Part shown: piece after piece, positions 51,472 through 64,000 of the stretch | Numbering within the stretch: position 1 is the stretch's first letter | Layout of the letters: each line of letters starts with the position of its first letter | From: Convolutriloba macropyga | Lineage: Eukaryota | Assembly: GCF_964194025.1 (NCBI RefSeq) | Contig: NC_134481.1 | Span: 13,082,001 to 13,146,000 of the forward strand | DNA: 64,000 nt | Direction: 5' to 3' | Translations under genes and position numbers: made by a program | Notes under the pieces: generated by a model | What the model saw: the letters and a program-made list of their open reading frames with translations, nothing else | Database searches by the model: none | What the model was told of the DNA's origin: nothing

Positions 51472-53670
51472 AATCAGTCTATTAAAACAAGAGATCGCAG
51501 AGTAGTTGTTGAAGTTCTCAAGTTTAATATCTGAAGTAATATATAGTTCTCAAGTTTATTATATGAACCACAGTGCTGCTATAGCATCCGCCCCTGCACA
51601 ATATATGATAAAACACTATATTATCAAATAGGGATAGTTTGGCTAAATATATAATAAGTGTTAACGATTCATGGAGAAACACAAATACTGGTTATTCAAG
51701 TTTAACTGGTCACAGGTCATTTGAAGCGGAAGTCACGCCTTGTTGAATGGAACTGCTGATGACTTGGCTATCAAAAATTTGTTCAATCTACTTTTGAATA
51801 CCTGTAAACTTACACTTGTATCTCGCAGTTACAATGGTAGTGAGTTCAGTAGACAAAAAAATGTCAGATTAGAATCACAATTTTAACAATCAGGCTGAAA
51901 GCTCTTCAAAACCGGAGCAGCACAATGATAAAATTTCTTTTCAATTTCTTATATTTATTTAAAGAACTATATTAAAGTTTTCTACTGAATCAGCCCTCTT
52001 ATACCGATTACATTGCTACATTTCCTTAACTCAGTTGACGACTTGATACTATTACCCGAAAAAAACACTTCAAAGCCCAATTCATCTTCTTTTCAAAAGA
52101 AAGCACTAAATTTGAATTGATTTGAAAGAGGAGTAAAGCAGGGTACCCTAAATGACTAATGACAACTACATGAAACAGCATAAATAAAACTGTGGTGGGA
52201 AATCGATGTTGAATATTTTCAGTAGTTTTGATACCAACAGCCGTGTTTTCATAAATTTTTTCACTTTTGTTTGAAAACAGACACAAAGAAAAGAAATTTC
52301 TTTTCAATGAGGGCTGAGATATAAATCTTGATTAGAAATCTGTAACTTATTGCTGTTTCTATTAGCTGCTCTTGAATAACCTTCGATTAGGGTGCTATAC
52401 ACTCATTTGACCTTATCTATTTGAAAAAGTAGAGAAAAAGTCAATTTAAGAGTGAGGAAGACATTTTTGAGAGCGAGGTGTAACGAGTGACCAAAAACTT
52501 AATCACGTGAATGAATAAAAAAACTCGCTCGACTAGGAGTGAAAAATAAGGCACACACGCAATTCAGTTGAAATTGCATGAAAGAATGAAAAAGCAGAAT
52601 TGAAGTGGTTTTGATTTCATATGGTTCTAACAAAAATCTCGACGACGAAATAAAAAACAATTAAACAGAAGGCCAATAATAGCCTAAGCTTCCGGTTTGC
52701 AGCTATTAATCAGTCTATTAAAACAAGAGATCGCAGAGTAGTTGTTGAAGTTCTCAAGTTTAATATCTGAAGTAATATATAGTTCTCAAGTTTATTATAT
52801 GAACCACAGTGCTGCTATAGCATCCGCCCCTGCACAATATATGATAAAACACTATATTATCAAATAGGGATAGTTTGGCTAAATATATAATAAGTGTTAA
52901 CGATTCATGGAGAAACACAAATACTGGTTATTCAAGTTTAACTGGTCACAGGTCATTTGAAGCGGAAGTTAAGTCTTGTTGAATAGAACTATTGTTGACC
53001 TGGCTATCAAAAATTTGATCAATCTACTTTTGAATACCTGTAAAATTACACTTGTATCAGTTACAATGGTAGTGAATTCCACTTCAACGATACATGATTG
53101 CAAAATGATTTAGAAGAGGGTGAATTAGATGGCATATTCCGTACAGAAATTAGTTGGTTAGTGCCTTTATTAAACCTATACCTGGCCGAGGGTAACAGGT
53201 TATTAGCATAACAGCTGATCCAATCGAAAGTTAGGGGTAAAATGGCTGATAAATTCAACGCATAGCACGTAATTATGGAATACAGACCTGAATACGACTT
53301 AGCAGTAGACAAAGGAATTTCAGATTTGAATCACAATTTTAACAATCAGGCTGAAAGCTGTTCAAAACCGGAGCAGCACCATGATAAAGTATCTTTTCAA
53401 TTTTATAAACTTATTTAAAGAACTATATTTAAGTTTTCTACTGAATCAGCCCTCTTATACCAATTACATTGCTACATTTTCTTAACTCAGTTGACGACTT
53501 GATACTAAAACCCGAAAAAAAACACTTCAAAGCCCAATTCATCTTCTTTTCAAAAGAAAGCACTAAAATTGAATTGATTTGAAGGAGGAGTAAAGCAGGG
53601 TACCCTAAATGACTAATGACAACTACATGAAACAGCATAAATAAAACTTTGGTGGGAAATCGATGTTGAA
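51040..53670. repeat. Recent tandem duplication (HINE-B remnant plus LINE 3' fragment)
   Basis: 51050-51733 is essentially identical to 52285-52969. 51850-52215 is highly similar to 53305-53673. Confidence 0.9.
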
Positions 53671-56600
53671 TATTTGCAGCATCATCATTATTATAGATTT
53701 GTGTTATGACAGTTCTTTTGAGCATCTTAAGAAAAACACAGTCATTAACGCACTGATTTATAATGATTTTCAGGAGGAAGGCCCATATTTGCTCACCATC
53801 ATTATTAGTCCAAGCGAGTACTTTACAAGGACCAGTGGGAAAAATGAGTCGCCAATGTCGAAAAATGGCGTTTCTCCATTTTGCTAATTTATTGAAAGAA
53901 GTATGTTAAAATTTTCAACTCAATCAATTGTCTCTTGCCAACTGTATTTTTATGTTTCTTCAGATCCTTTGACAACTTGATACTGGAACAACAGATAAAC
54001 ACTTCACAGCCCATTTCATCTCTTTCTTTAGCAGCCGCTCTTGCAAGAAAAACAGTATATTATTGTATAGGAATAGCTGTCGCTAAAAATAAAATGAGTG
54101 TGAATGATTTATTAAGAAACACAAATACATCTATTCAAGTTTAACTCGTCACAGGTCATTTGAATCGGAAGTCACGCTATGTGCTAGCCTGTTGGATAGA
54201 ACTGCTGTTGACCAAGATAAAGTTTCTTTTCAATTTTTTAAATTTATTTAAAGAACTATATTGAAGTTTTCTACTGAATCAGCCCTCTTATACCAATTAC
54301 ATTAATACATTTTCTTAACTCAGTTGACGACTTGATACTAAAACCCGAAAAAAAAACATTTCAAAGCCCAATTCATCTGCTTTTCCAAAGAAAGCACTAA
54401 AGTTGAATTGATTTGAAAGAGGAGTTAAGCAGGGTACTCTAAATGACTAATGACAACTACATCGAACAACATAGATAAAACTGCGTGGGAAATCGATTTT
54501 GTACATTTTCGGTAATTTTGACACCAACAGCCGTGTTTTTCAAATTTTTTTTCACTTTTGTTTGAAAACAAAGGTGACAGTCAATAGTTACCTCTAATTA
54601 ACTACTTTTGTTAGAAATTTATTACTATTGCTGTTCCTAAAACTACAGTCTCAGAATCATGGCGCCTATCATTTTGGGCGCAAAGGTAAGAAACAAAGTT
54701 TTTTTCCGTTCAAGTCTAACCTATTGATACAAAAGTAAGTTTCCAAAATTTTAATGTTTTTCTGCTAAATTTAAAGCAATATTGGATTTTTTTGACCAAA
54801 ACACAACAAAAAATCATACAAATACTGCCAATCTTATCAGCTTCACTTATTTATTCTGTTGCCTTGGGTGTTTGTATATGTATTAGTTGAAATGAAGTAG
54901 ACCTAAAAGGGTAACCTCATGAACATTTTGCTTCAGTTCAGTCCAATTTGACAAAACTCCATTAACACAAACTTGTCTTCGGAGATCCGTCCGAAACAGT
55001 TCTATGAACTGTAATGCAGAATTAGAAAAATTTATAGCTTGTTATTTTCTCAAAAGGATCTCGTGTGATAGTGAGTTGAAAGCTTTAGCTAAAATCATGC
55101 AAATTAGCATGAAAAATATTAGCACTATCAATTTCATGTTGGGCCGATTCAATGAAAATTAGAGTAGCATTGTGTGCTGATTCCATACGTCAAAACATAA
55201 TTGCCTACTCTCAATATAACTTTTGATTTGTTTGTGCAAATTTTATACTCATATTTTTGAAAACGAATTGTTTATCAAGATAGGACGATAGTCTACAGGG
55301 TTCATACTGTCATCATTATTATAGATTTGTGTAATGACAGCTCTTTTGAGCATCTTAAGAAATACACAGTCATTAACGCACTGATTTATAATGATTTTCA
55401 GGAGGAAGGCCTATATTTGCTCACCATCATTAATAGTCCAAGCGAGTACTTTACAAGGACCAGTGGGAAAAATGAGTCGCCAACATCGAAAAATGGCGTT
55501 TCTCCATTTTGCTAATTTATTGAAAGAAGTATGTTAAAATTTTCAACTCAATCAATTGTCTCTTGCCAACTGTCTTTTTATGTTTCTTTAGATCCTTTGA
55601 CAACCTGATACTGGAACAAAAGATAAACACTTCACAGCCCATTTCATCTGTTTCTTTAGCAGCCGCTCTTGCAAGAAAAACAGTTTATTATTGTATAGGA
55701 ATAGCTCTCGCTAAAAATAAAATGAGTTTGAATGATTTATTAAGAAACATAAATACATCTATTCAAGTTTAACTCGTCACGGGTCATTTGAATCCGAAGT
55801 CACGATATGTGCTAGCCTGTTGGATAGAATTGCTGTTGACTCGGCTATCAAAACTTGTTCAATCTTTGGATACCTGTCAACTTACACTTGTAATTCGCCG
55901 TTACAATGGTAGTGAGTTCTATTTCAACGATAAAAGATTAAAGATTGACTAAGAAAAAAAAATGTAACAGATATATTCCCTAAAAAAGAATTGTTCAGTG
56001 AGCCTGTTTAACATATATCTGCCCGTAGGTAAGTTAATCTGTTGTTGAAAGGCTCTTTTCTTATTCCTAATGTATTGCAAATAGTAAGTTTAAGTTTTCA
56101 AATCGATCAGCTGTCTGATACCAGTTACAATTTACATTTTTTAAATTCCGTTGACGACTTGAAATTAAAAACCAGAAAAAAACACGCTTCAAAGCTCAAT
56201 TCATCTGTTTCTCCAATGAAAGCACCAAAGTTGAATTGATTTGAAAGAGGTGTACTCTTTCAAATCAAATAAAGTTGAATTGATTTGAAAGAGGAGTAAA
56301 GCAGTGTACCCTAAATGACTTCGGACAACTACATGAAAAAGCATGAGTAAAACTGTGGTGGGAATCGATATTGTACAATTTCAGTAGTTTTGACACCAAC
56401 AGCCATATTTTTCATAACTTTTTTTTTAGTTTTGTTTGAAAATAAAGAATAGTGTCCATAGTTACTCCTAGTTACCTACACTTGTCAGATATTTGTTACT
56501 ACTGCTGTTGCTTAAACTATGGTCTCAGAGTCTCAGAATCATTAAACCTAATATAATTTTGTGCGCGAAGGTAAAAAACTCAGTTGTTTGTATTCAAATT

Positions 56601-59571
56601 TAACCTAGTGATATAAAAGCAAGTTTCCAAACTTTTAACGTTTTCCAAAGTTTTCCGTAATGAAAATATTAAAAGCAACATCGGAGTTTTTGTGACTACA
56701 AAAACACAAAAAAATCATCCACTTACTGCCAAAGTTTAACAGCTCCACTTAATTGCTCTGTTGTTCTGGGAGGCTATATATGTATAAGTTGAAATAAATT
56801 ATTCCTATAATTGTCCCCTGATGAACACTTTGCCAATCCAATTTGACAAAACTCCATTAACACAGAATTGTCTTCGGAGATCCGTACGAAACAGTTCTAT
56901 GAACTGTAATGCAGAATTAGAAAAGTTCATAGCTTGTTATTTTTTCAAAAGGATCTCGTGTGATAGTGAGTTGAAAGCTTTAGCTAAAAACATGCAAATT
57001 AGCATGAAAAATATTAGCACTATCAATTTCATGTTGGGCCGATTCAATGAAAATTAGAGAAGCACTGTGTGCTGATTCCATATGTCAAAAGATAATTGCC
57101 TACTCTCAATATAACTTTTGATTTGTTTGTGCAAATTTTATATTCATATTTTTGAAAACGAATTGTTTATCAAGATAGGACGATAGTTTACAGGGTCCAT
57201 ACTGTCATCATTATTATAGGTTTGTGTTATGACAGCTCTTTTGAGCATCTTAAGAAATACACAGTCATTAACGCACTGATTTATAATGATTTTCAGGAGG
57301 AAGCCCTTATTTGCTCACCATCATTAATAGTCCAAGCGAGTACTTTACAAGGACCAGTGGGAAAAATGAGTCGCCAACATCGAAAAATGGCGTTTCTCCA
57401 TTTTGCTAATTTATTGAAAGGAGTATGTTAAAATTTTCAACTCAATCAATTGTCTCCTGCCAACTGTATTTTTATGTTTCTTTAGATCCTTTGACAACTT
57501 GATACTGGAACAAAAGATAAACACTTCACAGCCCATTTCATCTGTTTCTTTAGCAGCCGCTCTTGCAAGAAAAACAGTATATTATTGTATAGGAATAGGT
57601 GTCGCTTAAAATAAAATGAGTGTGAATGATTTATTAAGAAACACAAATACGTCTATTCAAGTTTAACTCGTCACAGGTCATTTGAATCGGAAGTCACACT
57701 AAGTGCTAGCCTGTTGGATAGAACTGCTGTTGACTCGGCTATCAAAACTTGTTCAATCTTTGAATACCTGTCAACTTACACTTGTATTTCGCAGTTACAA
57801 CGGTAGTGATTTCTATTTCAACGGTAAAAGATTAACGATTGACTAAGAAAAAAAATGTAACAGATATATTCCCTAAAAAAGAATTGTTCAGTGCGCTTGA
57901 TAAACATATATCTGGCCGTAGGTAAGTTATTCTGTTGTTGAAAGGCTCTTTTCTTATTCCTAAGGTATTGCAAATAGTAATTTTAAGTTTTGAAATCGAT
58001 CAGCTGTCTGATACCGGTTACAATTTACATTTTTTAAACTCTGTTGACGACTTGAAATTAAAAACCAGAAAAAACACGTTTCAAAGCTCAATTCACCTGT
58101 TTCTCCATTGAAAGCACCAAAGTTGAATTGATTTGAAAGAGGTGTACTCTTTCAAATCAATTAAAGTTGAATTGATTTGAAAGAGTTGTAAAGCAGTGTA
58201 CTCCAAATGACTTCGGACAACTACATGAAAAAGCATGAGTAAAACTGTGGTGGGAAATCGATATTGTACAATTTCAGTAGTTTTGACACCAACAGTCATG
58301 TTTTTCATAACTTTTTTTTTACTTTTGTTTGAAAACAAAGGTGACTGTCCATAGTTACTCCTAGTCACCTACACTTGTCAGATATTTGTTACTACTGCTG
58401 TTGCTTAAACTATGGTCTCAGAATCAATAAACCTAATATAATTTTGGGCGCGAAGGTAAAAAACTCATTTGTTTGTATTCAAATTTAACCTAGTGATATA
58501 AAAGCAAGTTTCCAAACTTTTAATGTTTTCCAAAGTTTTACGTAATGAAAATATTCAAAACAACATCGGAGTTTTTGTGACTACAAAAACACAAAAAAAT
58601 CATCCACGTACTGCCAAAGTTTACCAGCTCCACCTAATTGCTCTGTTGTTCTGGGAGGCTATATTTGTATAAGTTGAAATAAAGTACTCCTATAATTGTC
58701 CCCTGATGAACACTTTGCTTTCTTTCAATCCAATTTGACAAAACTCCAATAACACAAAATTGTTGTACAAGACCCGTACGAAACAGTTCTATGAACTGTA
58801 ATGCAGAATTAGAAAAGTTTATAATTTGTAATTTTCTCAAAAGGATCTTATGTGATAGTGAGTTGAAAACTCCGATTAAATCAAGCAGAACAGCGTTAAC
58901 AATATTACAGTTATCAAATTCATGTTAGATTGGTTCAATGACAAATAGAGTAGAATCTTGTGCAGATGCCATACGTCGAAAAGAAATGTCCTATTCTCAA
59001 TATAAAATTTGATTTGTTTGGGCAAGCTTTTCACTCATGTTTTTGAAAGCAAATAAATTATCAAGGTAGAACGATAGTTTACAGAGTCCATACTGTTACA
59101 GTTGTTATAGATTAGTGATATGAGCATATAAAGAAAAAAAAGATTCATTAAGGAATGGATTTATAGAAAACGTCAGGTGGCGCGCCTATACTTGGTCACC
59201 ATCAATAATAGCTCAAGCGGACTTTTAGAAGAACCATTGGGATTGTTGGGATTTAACTATCTGATGATGTCAAAGCAAACTTTTTCTGATATTGGACAAA
59301 AATCAAGCGATGAATCGCCAACATCGAGACGTGGCGTTTCCTCATTTTTCTTACCAAAAAACTGCCCTATGTTTGAGAACACAAAATTAAAACAATCTTC
59401 ATTTTTTTGTCGTCAACGATGATTTCACCGACGGAATTTCTATTGCAGTAATAGATACAGATTATTTGTCCGACTACCATTATTGATAAAGCTCCAGCGA
59501 TCTTTAGCAGTTCTAAGGGAGTGCAGTACTAACAAACTCTGGATCAACTTTGTTTTGACACCGCAGTTTTA

Positions 59572-59588
59572 TACACACACAAACAAAT

Positions 59589-59619
<31 letters not shown>

Positions 59620-59622
59620 AAG
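59572..59622. repeat. Compound (AC)n(AG)n microsatellite
   Basis: ACACACAC...AGAGAGAG; a homologous copy lies at 62692-62752. Confidence 0.9.
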
Positions 59623-62600
59623 GGAGGGGGCGAGAAACACAATAATGTATATATATTGCTAACGCTAAAAATTCAATAACTAAAGGTTCTGCAGATACAA
59701 ACTGGAACATGTCATTTGAAGAGCAATTTACGCCATTTGTTAGCTTGTTGAATAGAAGTTGCTGTGAAACGATTTATGTGCAAACAGAAATGTTCTTTCA
59801 TCAATTTTAGCTGGTCATCGGTAATTTGAATCGGAACTCACGCCTTGTGCTAGCTTTTCGGATAGGAACTGTTGTTGACTCGGCTATCAAATATTTGTTC
59901 AACCGACTTTTGAATACCTGCAAACTCAAACTTGTATCCCACTTGTATCTCAATTGTTTGAATACCTGCAAACTTACACTTGTATGGTTTAGAGTTCCAC
60001 GATTTGACTTCACCGATACATGATTGAATGATGATTTAGAAGAAGAGAAAACAGATGGCATATTCCCTACAAAAATGAATTGTTTAGTGCGCTTGGTAAA
60101 CATATATCTGGCCGTAGGTAATTTAAGATGTTGTTGAAAGGCTTTTTTCATATTCATAATGTAATTGAAATAGTTCGCTAAAGTTTTCAACTTGATCAGC
60201 TGTCTTATATCAATTACATTTTTACGTTTTCTTAATTCAGTTGACGACTTGATATTAAAAACCAGAGAAAACACGCTTGAAAGCCCAATTCATCTGTTTC
60301 TCCAATGAAAGCACCACAATTGAATTGATTTGAAAGAGGAATAAAGCAATGTACTCCTCTAAAAAACTTAGGACAACTACAGAAAAAAGCATGAGTAAAA
60401 CTGTGTTGGGAAATCGATATTGTACAATTCCAGTAGTTTTGACACCAACAGCCATATTTTCATAACCTTTTCACTTTTGTTTGAAAACAAAAGTGACTCT
60501 CTATAGTTACGCCTAAATATTAAAACTCGTTTGATATTTGTTACTAATGCTGTTATTACAAAAACAGTCTCTTAATCGTTGAGCCTGGACTTTTTGTTAC
60601 TACAAAACAGTTAAGAATCATCCACATACTGCCAATGCTTACCAGCTGCACTTAATTATTCTGTTGCTCTTGGAATTTATATATGTATAAGTTGAAATGA
60701 AGTAGTTCTAAAATTCTCCCCTGATGAACTCTTTGCTCTAGCTTAACCCAATTTGACAAAACTCCTTTAACACAAACTTTTATGCAATACGTACGAAACC
60801 GTTCTATGACCTGTAATGCATAATTTGAAAAGTTTAGAGATAGTAAGTTTCCCAGAAATATTTCGAGTGATAGTGAATTGAAGGCTGTAGCTAAGTCATG
60901 CCATCTGGCGCGAACAATATTACCACTATGAATTTCATTTGGACCATTTCAAAGAAAAAAAGAGTAGCATTTTGTACTGATGCCATACGTTGGAAGGTAA
61001 TTTCCTATTCTCAATATAATTTTTGATTTGATTGCGTAAGATTTTTATTCTTATTCTTGAAAATGAATAATTTATCAAGATAGGACGATAGTTCAGAGGG
61101 TCCATAATGTCATCATTATTATAGATTGGTGTTATGACACCTCTTTTGAGTATCTAAAGAAAAACACAGTCACTAAGTTAATGATTTATAATAAACGTCA
61201 AGTAGAGGGCTTATATTTATTCGCCATCAATAAAAGCCCAGGCGGGCACTTTAGAAGGACCATTGGGATTGTTGGGATTTAGCTCTCTGATGATATCAGA
61301 GCAACTTTTTTTCTGATATTGGACAAAAATCAAACAATGAGTCGCCAACATCGACACATGGCGTTTCTTCATTGTTCTTACCAAAAAACTGCCCTATGTT
61401 TGAGAACACAAAATTAAAATAATCTTCATTTTTTACAAATTGTTTTTACTTTTGTTTGAAAACAAAGGTTACTGTCCATAGTTACTCGTAATTAACTACA
61501 CTTGTTAGATACTTGTTACTACTGCTGTTGCTTAAAAAATAGTCTCAGAATCATTAAGCCTAATATCATTTTGGGCGCGATGGTAATAAATTCAGTTTTT
61601 TGCATTCAAGTTTAACCTATTGTTACAAAAGTAAGTTTCCAAACTTTTAATGATTTCCAAACTTTTATGTAATGAGAATATTGAAAGCAACATCGGATCC
61701 ACATACTGCTAAGGCTTACCAGCTCCAATTAATTGCTCTGTTGCTCTGAGAGAATATATATGTTTAAGTTGGAATTAAGTACTCTCATAATTTCCCCTAA
61801 TGAACACTTTGCTTTAGTTCAATCCAATTTGACAATACTCCATTAACACAAAATTGTTGTATGAGACTCGCAGGAAACAGTTCTATTAAGTGCAATGCAG
61901 AATTAGAAAAGTTTAGAGTTTGTAATTTCCGCGAAACGATCTCGTGTGATAGTGAGTTGAAAGCTTCAATTATCTCAAGCAGAACAGCTTTAACAATATT
62001 ACAGTTATCAATTTCATGTTGGACTGATTCAATGAAAAAAAGTAAAATCTTGTGCAGATGCAATAAGTCGAAAAGAAACGTCCTATTCTCAAAATATCTT
62101 TTGATTTGTTTGGGCAAGCTTTTCACTCATATTTTTGAAAAAGAAAAATTTATCAAGATAGAACGATAGTTAACAGGGTCCATACCGTCACAGTTATTAT
62201 AGCTTAGTGATATGAGCATCTAAAGGAAAAAACAGTCATTAAGGCATTGCTTTATATCGAACAGAGTTGAGCTTATCGATCAGGTGTAGAGCTTATATTG
62301 CTCACTATCAATAATAACCCAAGCGGGTACTTTAGATGGACCTGTGGGATTGTTAGGATTTAGCTCACTGATAATATCAGAGCAATCTTTTTCTGATATT
62401 GGCCACAAAATCAAATGAGGACTCGCCAAAATCAGAAACATTGTATTTGTTCATTATTCTTACCAAAATACTGCCCTTTGTTTGAGTTTTGTCGTCGACG
62501 TTGAATTTTTTTGTCGTCAACAATCATATCCACGATGAATTTTTTATTGCATTAACACATACAGCCTATTTGTCCACCTAGCATTGCTGATAAAGCTACA

Positions 62601-62691
62601 GCGATCTTTAGCAGTATTCAGGGAGAGCAGTACTAACAAATTCTAGATCTACTCTGTTTTGACCCTTCAGTTTCAGTTTTTGAGCGAGAGA

Positions 62692-62692
62692 C

Positions 62693-62726
<34 letters not shown>

Positions 62727-62752
62727 CACACACACAGAGAGAGAGAGAGAGA
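62692..62752. repeat. Compound (AC)n(AG)n microsatellite
   Basis: Same flanks as 59572-59622. Confidence 0.9.
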
Positions 62753-64000
62753 AACAATATATTGTGTCAGAATTGCTGACGCCAAAATTTCAATAACTGT
62801 GAAGGTTCTGCAGATGCAATATGGAACAAGTTATTTGAAGCGCAAATCACACCATTTGTTAGCTTGTAGAATAGAAACTGCTGCGTACTCGGTTATCAGA
62901 TATGTTTAAAATCAATTTTAGAATACCTATAAACTGAAACTTGTATCTCGCTTGTACAATGACAGTGAGTTCCAATTAACTGATACATGATTATAGATTG
63001 ATTTTGAAGAGGGCGAAACAAATGGAATATCCTTCACGAAAAAAATTTGGTGAATACGCTTGTCAACGCGATAAGAGACCGTAGTTAATTTAACCTGCTG
63101 TTGAAAGTTTCTTTTCACTTTTCTCATTTATTGATTAATATGTTAAAGTTTTCAACTCGATCAGTTGTCTCTTGCCAATTATACTTTTACGTTTCCTTAG
63201 ATCTTTTGACGACCTGATAGTTGAACAAAAAACAAACTCTCCAAAGCCCAATTCATCTCTTTCTCTAGCAGTTGCTCTTTCCCAATAAATGAAAAAACAT
63301 TATACTATTGTATAAGGATAGCTGTCGCTAAAAATAAAATAAGTTTGAATGATTTATGTAGATAAACAAATACATTTATTTAAAATTAACTGGTCACAGG
63401 TAATTTGAACCGGAAGTCACGCCATGTGCTAGCTTGTTGGTTAGAAACTGCGGTTGACTTGGCTATCAAAAATTTGTTCAATTGAGCTTTGAATAACAGT
63501 AAACTGAAATTTGTGTCTCTTAGGTACAATGGTACTGAGTTCCACTTCAACTATACACTTTTAAGAATTATTTTGAAGAGGATGAAACAGATAGAATATT
63601 CCCTAAAAAAATTATTAGGTTAATGCGCTGGTTAATCCTATAACTGTTCGTATTTTAAGCTGCCATTGAAAAGCTCCTGTCATGATCCTAAAGAATTGGA
63701 AATAGTACGTTCAACTGTTCAACGCAATCACGTGTCTATACCGATTCAGTTGACGACCTAATACATGAACAAAACAAACTTCAAAGCCCAATTCATCTGT
63801 TTCTCTAAAAAAGCACCAAAGTTGGACTTAGTTCACAGAGACATCTAGCAGAGTACTCTAACTGACTAACGACAATTGAATGGAAGACCATGAGTAAAAC
63901 TCTGGTGGGAAAAGTTTGTTAAACAGAATTTATGATTTTAATGCCAACAGTTTTTTTCTGTTACAGCCTTTTCACTTGTGTTCAAAAACTAAGGCGTTTG

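Larger units (their letters stand above)
51690..64000 (-). mobile_element. Head-to-tail array of degenerate LINE (CR1/L2/Crack-group-like) RT fragments
   Basis: Repeated minus-strand RT motifs NYRP, KAFNSLSHE, VNGVLS.W, VHQG, LYFNLY and QYVDD, with five RT cores (YxDD site at ~54815, 56715, 58600, 60617, 61697). At least seven copies of a 3' marker occur (~51704, 52940, 54143, 55771, 57665, 59810, 63388). No long ORF. Confidence 0.88.

Noticed and set aside
51690-64000. Functional RT system (retron, DGR or telomeric retroelement array)
   Set aside because: Every RT copy is broken by stops and frameshifts. There is no template/variable repeat pair, poly(A) junction or telomeric repeat.
1-64000. 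Hammerhead ribozymes at CTGATGA occurrences
   Set aside because: No supporting stems with GAAA were seen by eye; an Infernal scan would be needed to exclude them formally.

Overview
AT-rich eukaryotic (metazoan-type) genomic DNA with spliceosomal introns. I see no prokaryotic operon, CRISPR array, rRNA or tRNA gene. There are two host genes, both on the minus strand. (1) A multi-exon GT31 beta-1,3-galactosyltransferase-like gene; exons were reconstructed by hand from about 19.8 kb down to 2.85 kb, and the last exon(s) were not located. (2) A group II p21-activated kinase (PAK4/5/6/mbt type) in two large coding exons (49075-48194 and 43347-41053, about 1058 aa if directly spliced). The PAK has lost both CRIB histidines, the RPKP pseudosubstrate and the first Gly of its glycine loop. 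The rest is mostly transposon-derived. It includes a decayed BEL/Pao LTR retrotransposon (21296-26711) with two ~155-bp LTRs and a tRNA-Trp primer-binding site, and two families of Helentron/DINE-1-like non-autonomous elements. It also has several MITEs and a >12-kb head-to-tail array of degenerate LINE reverse-transcriptase fragments (51.7-64 kb) upstream of the PAK gene. I did not find a clearly new multi-gene system. The best leads are the deregulated-looking PAK and the LINE-RT macrosatellite. All coordinates and alignments were done by eye.
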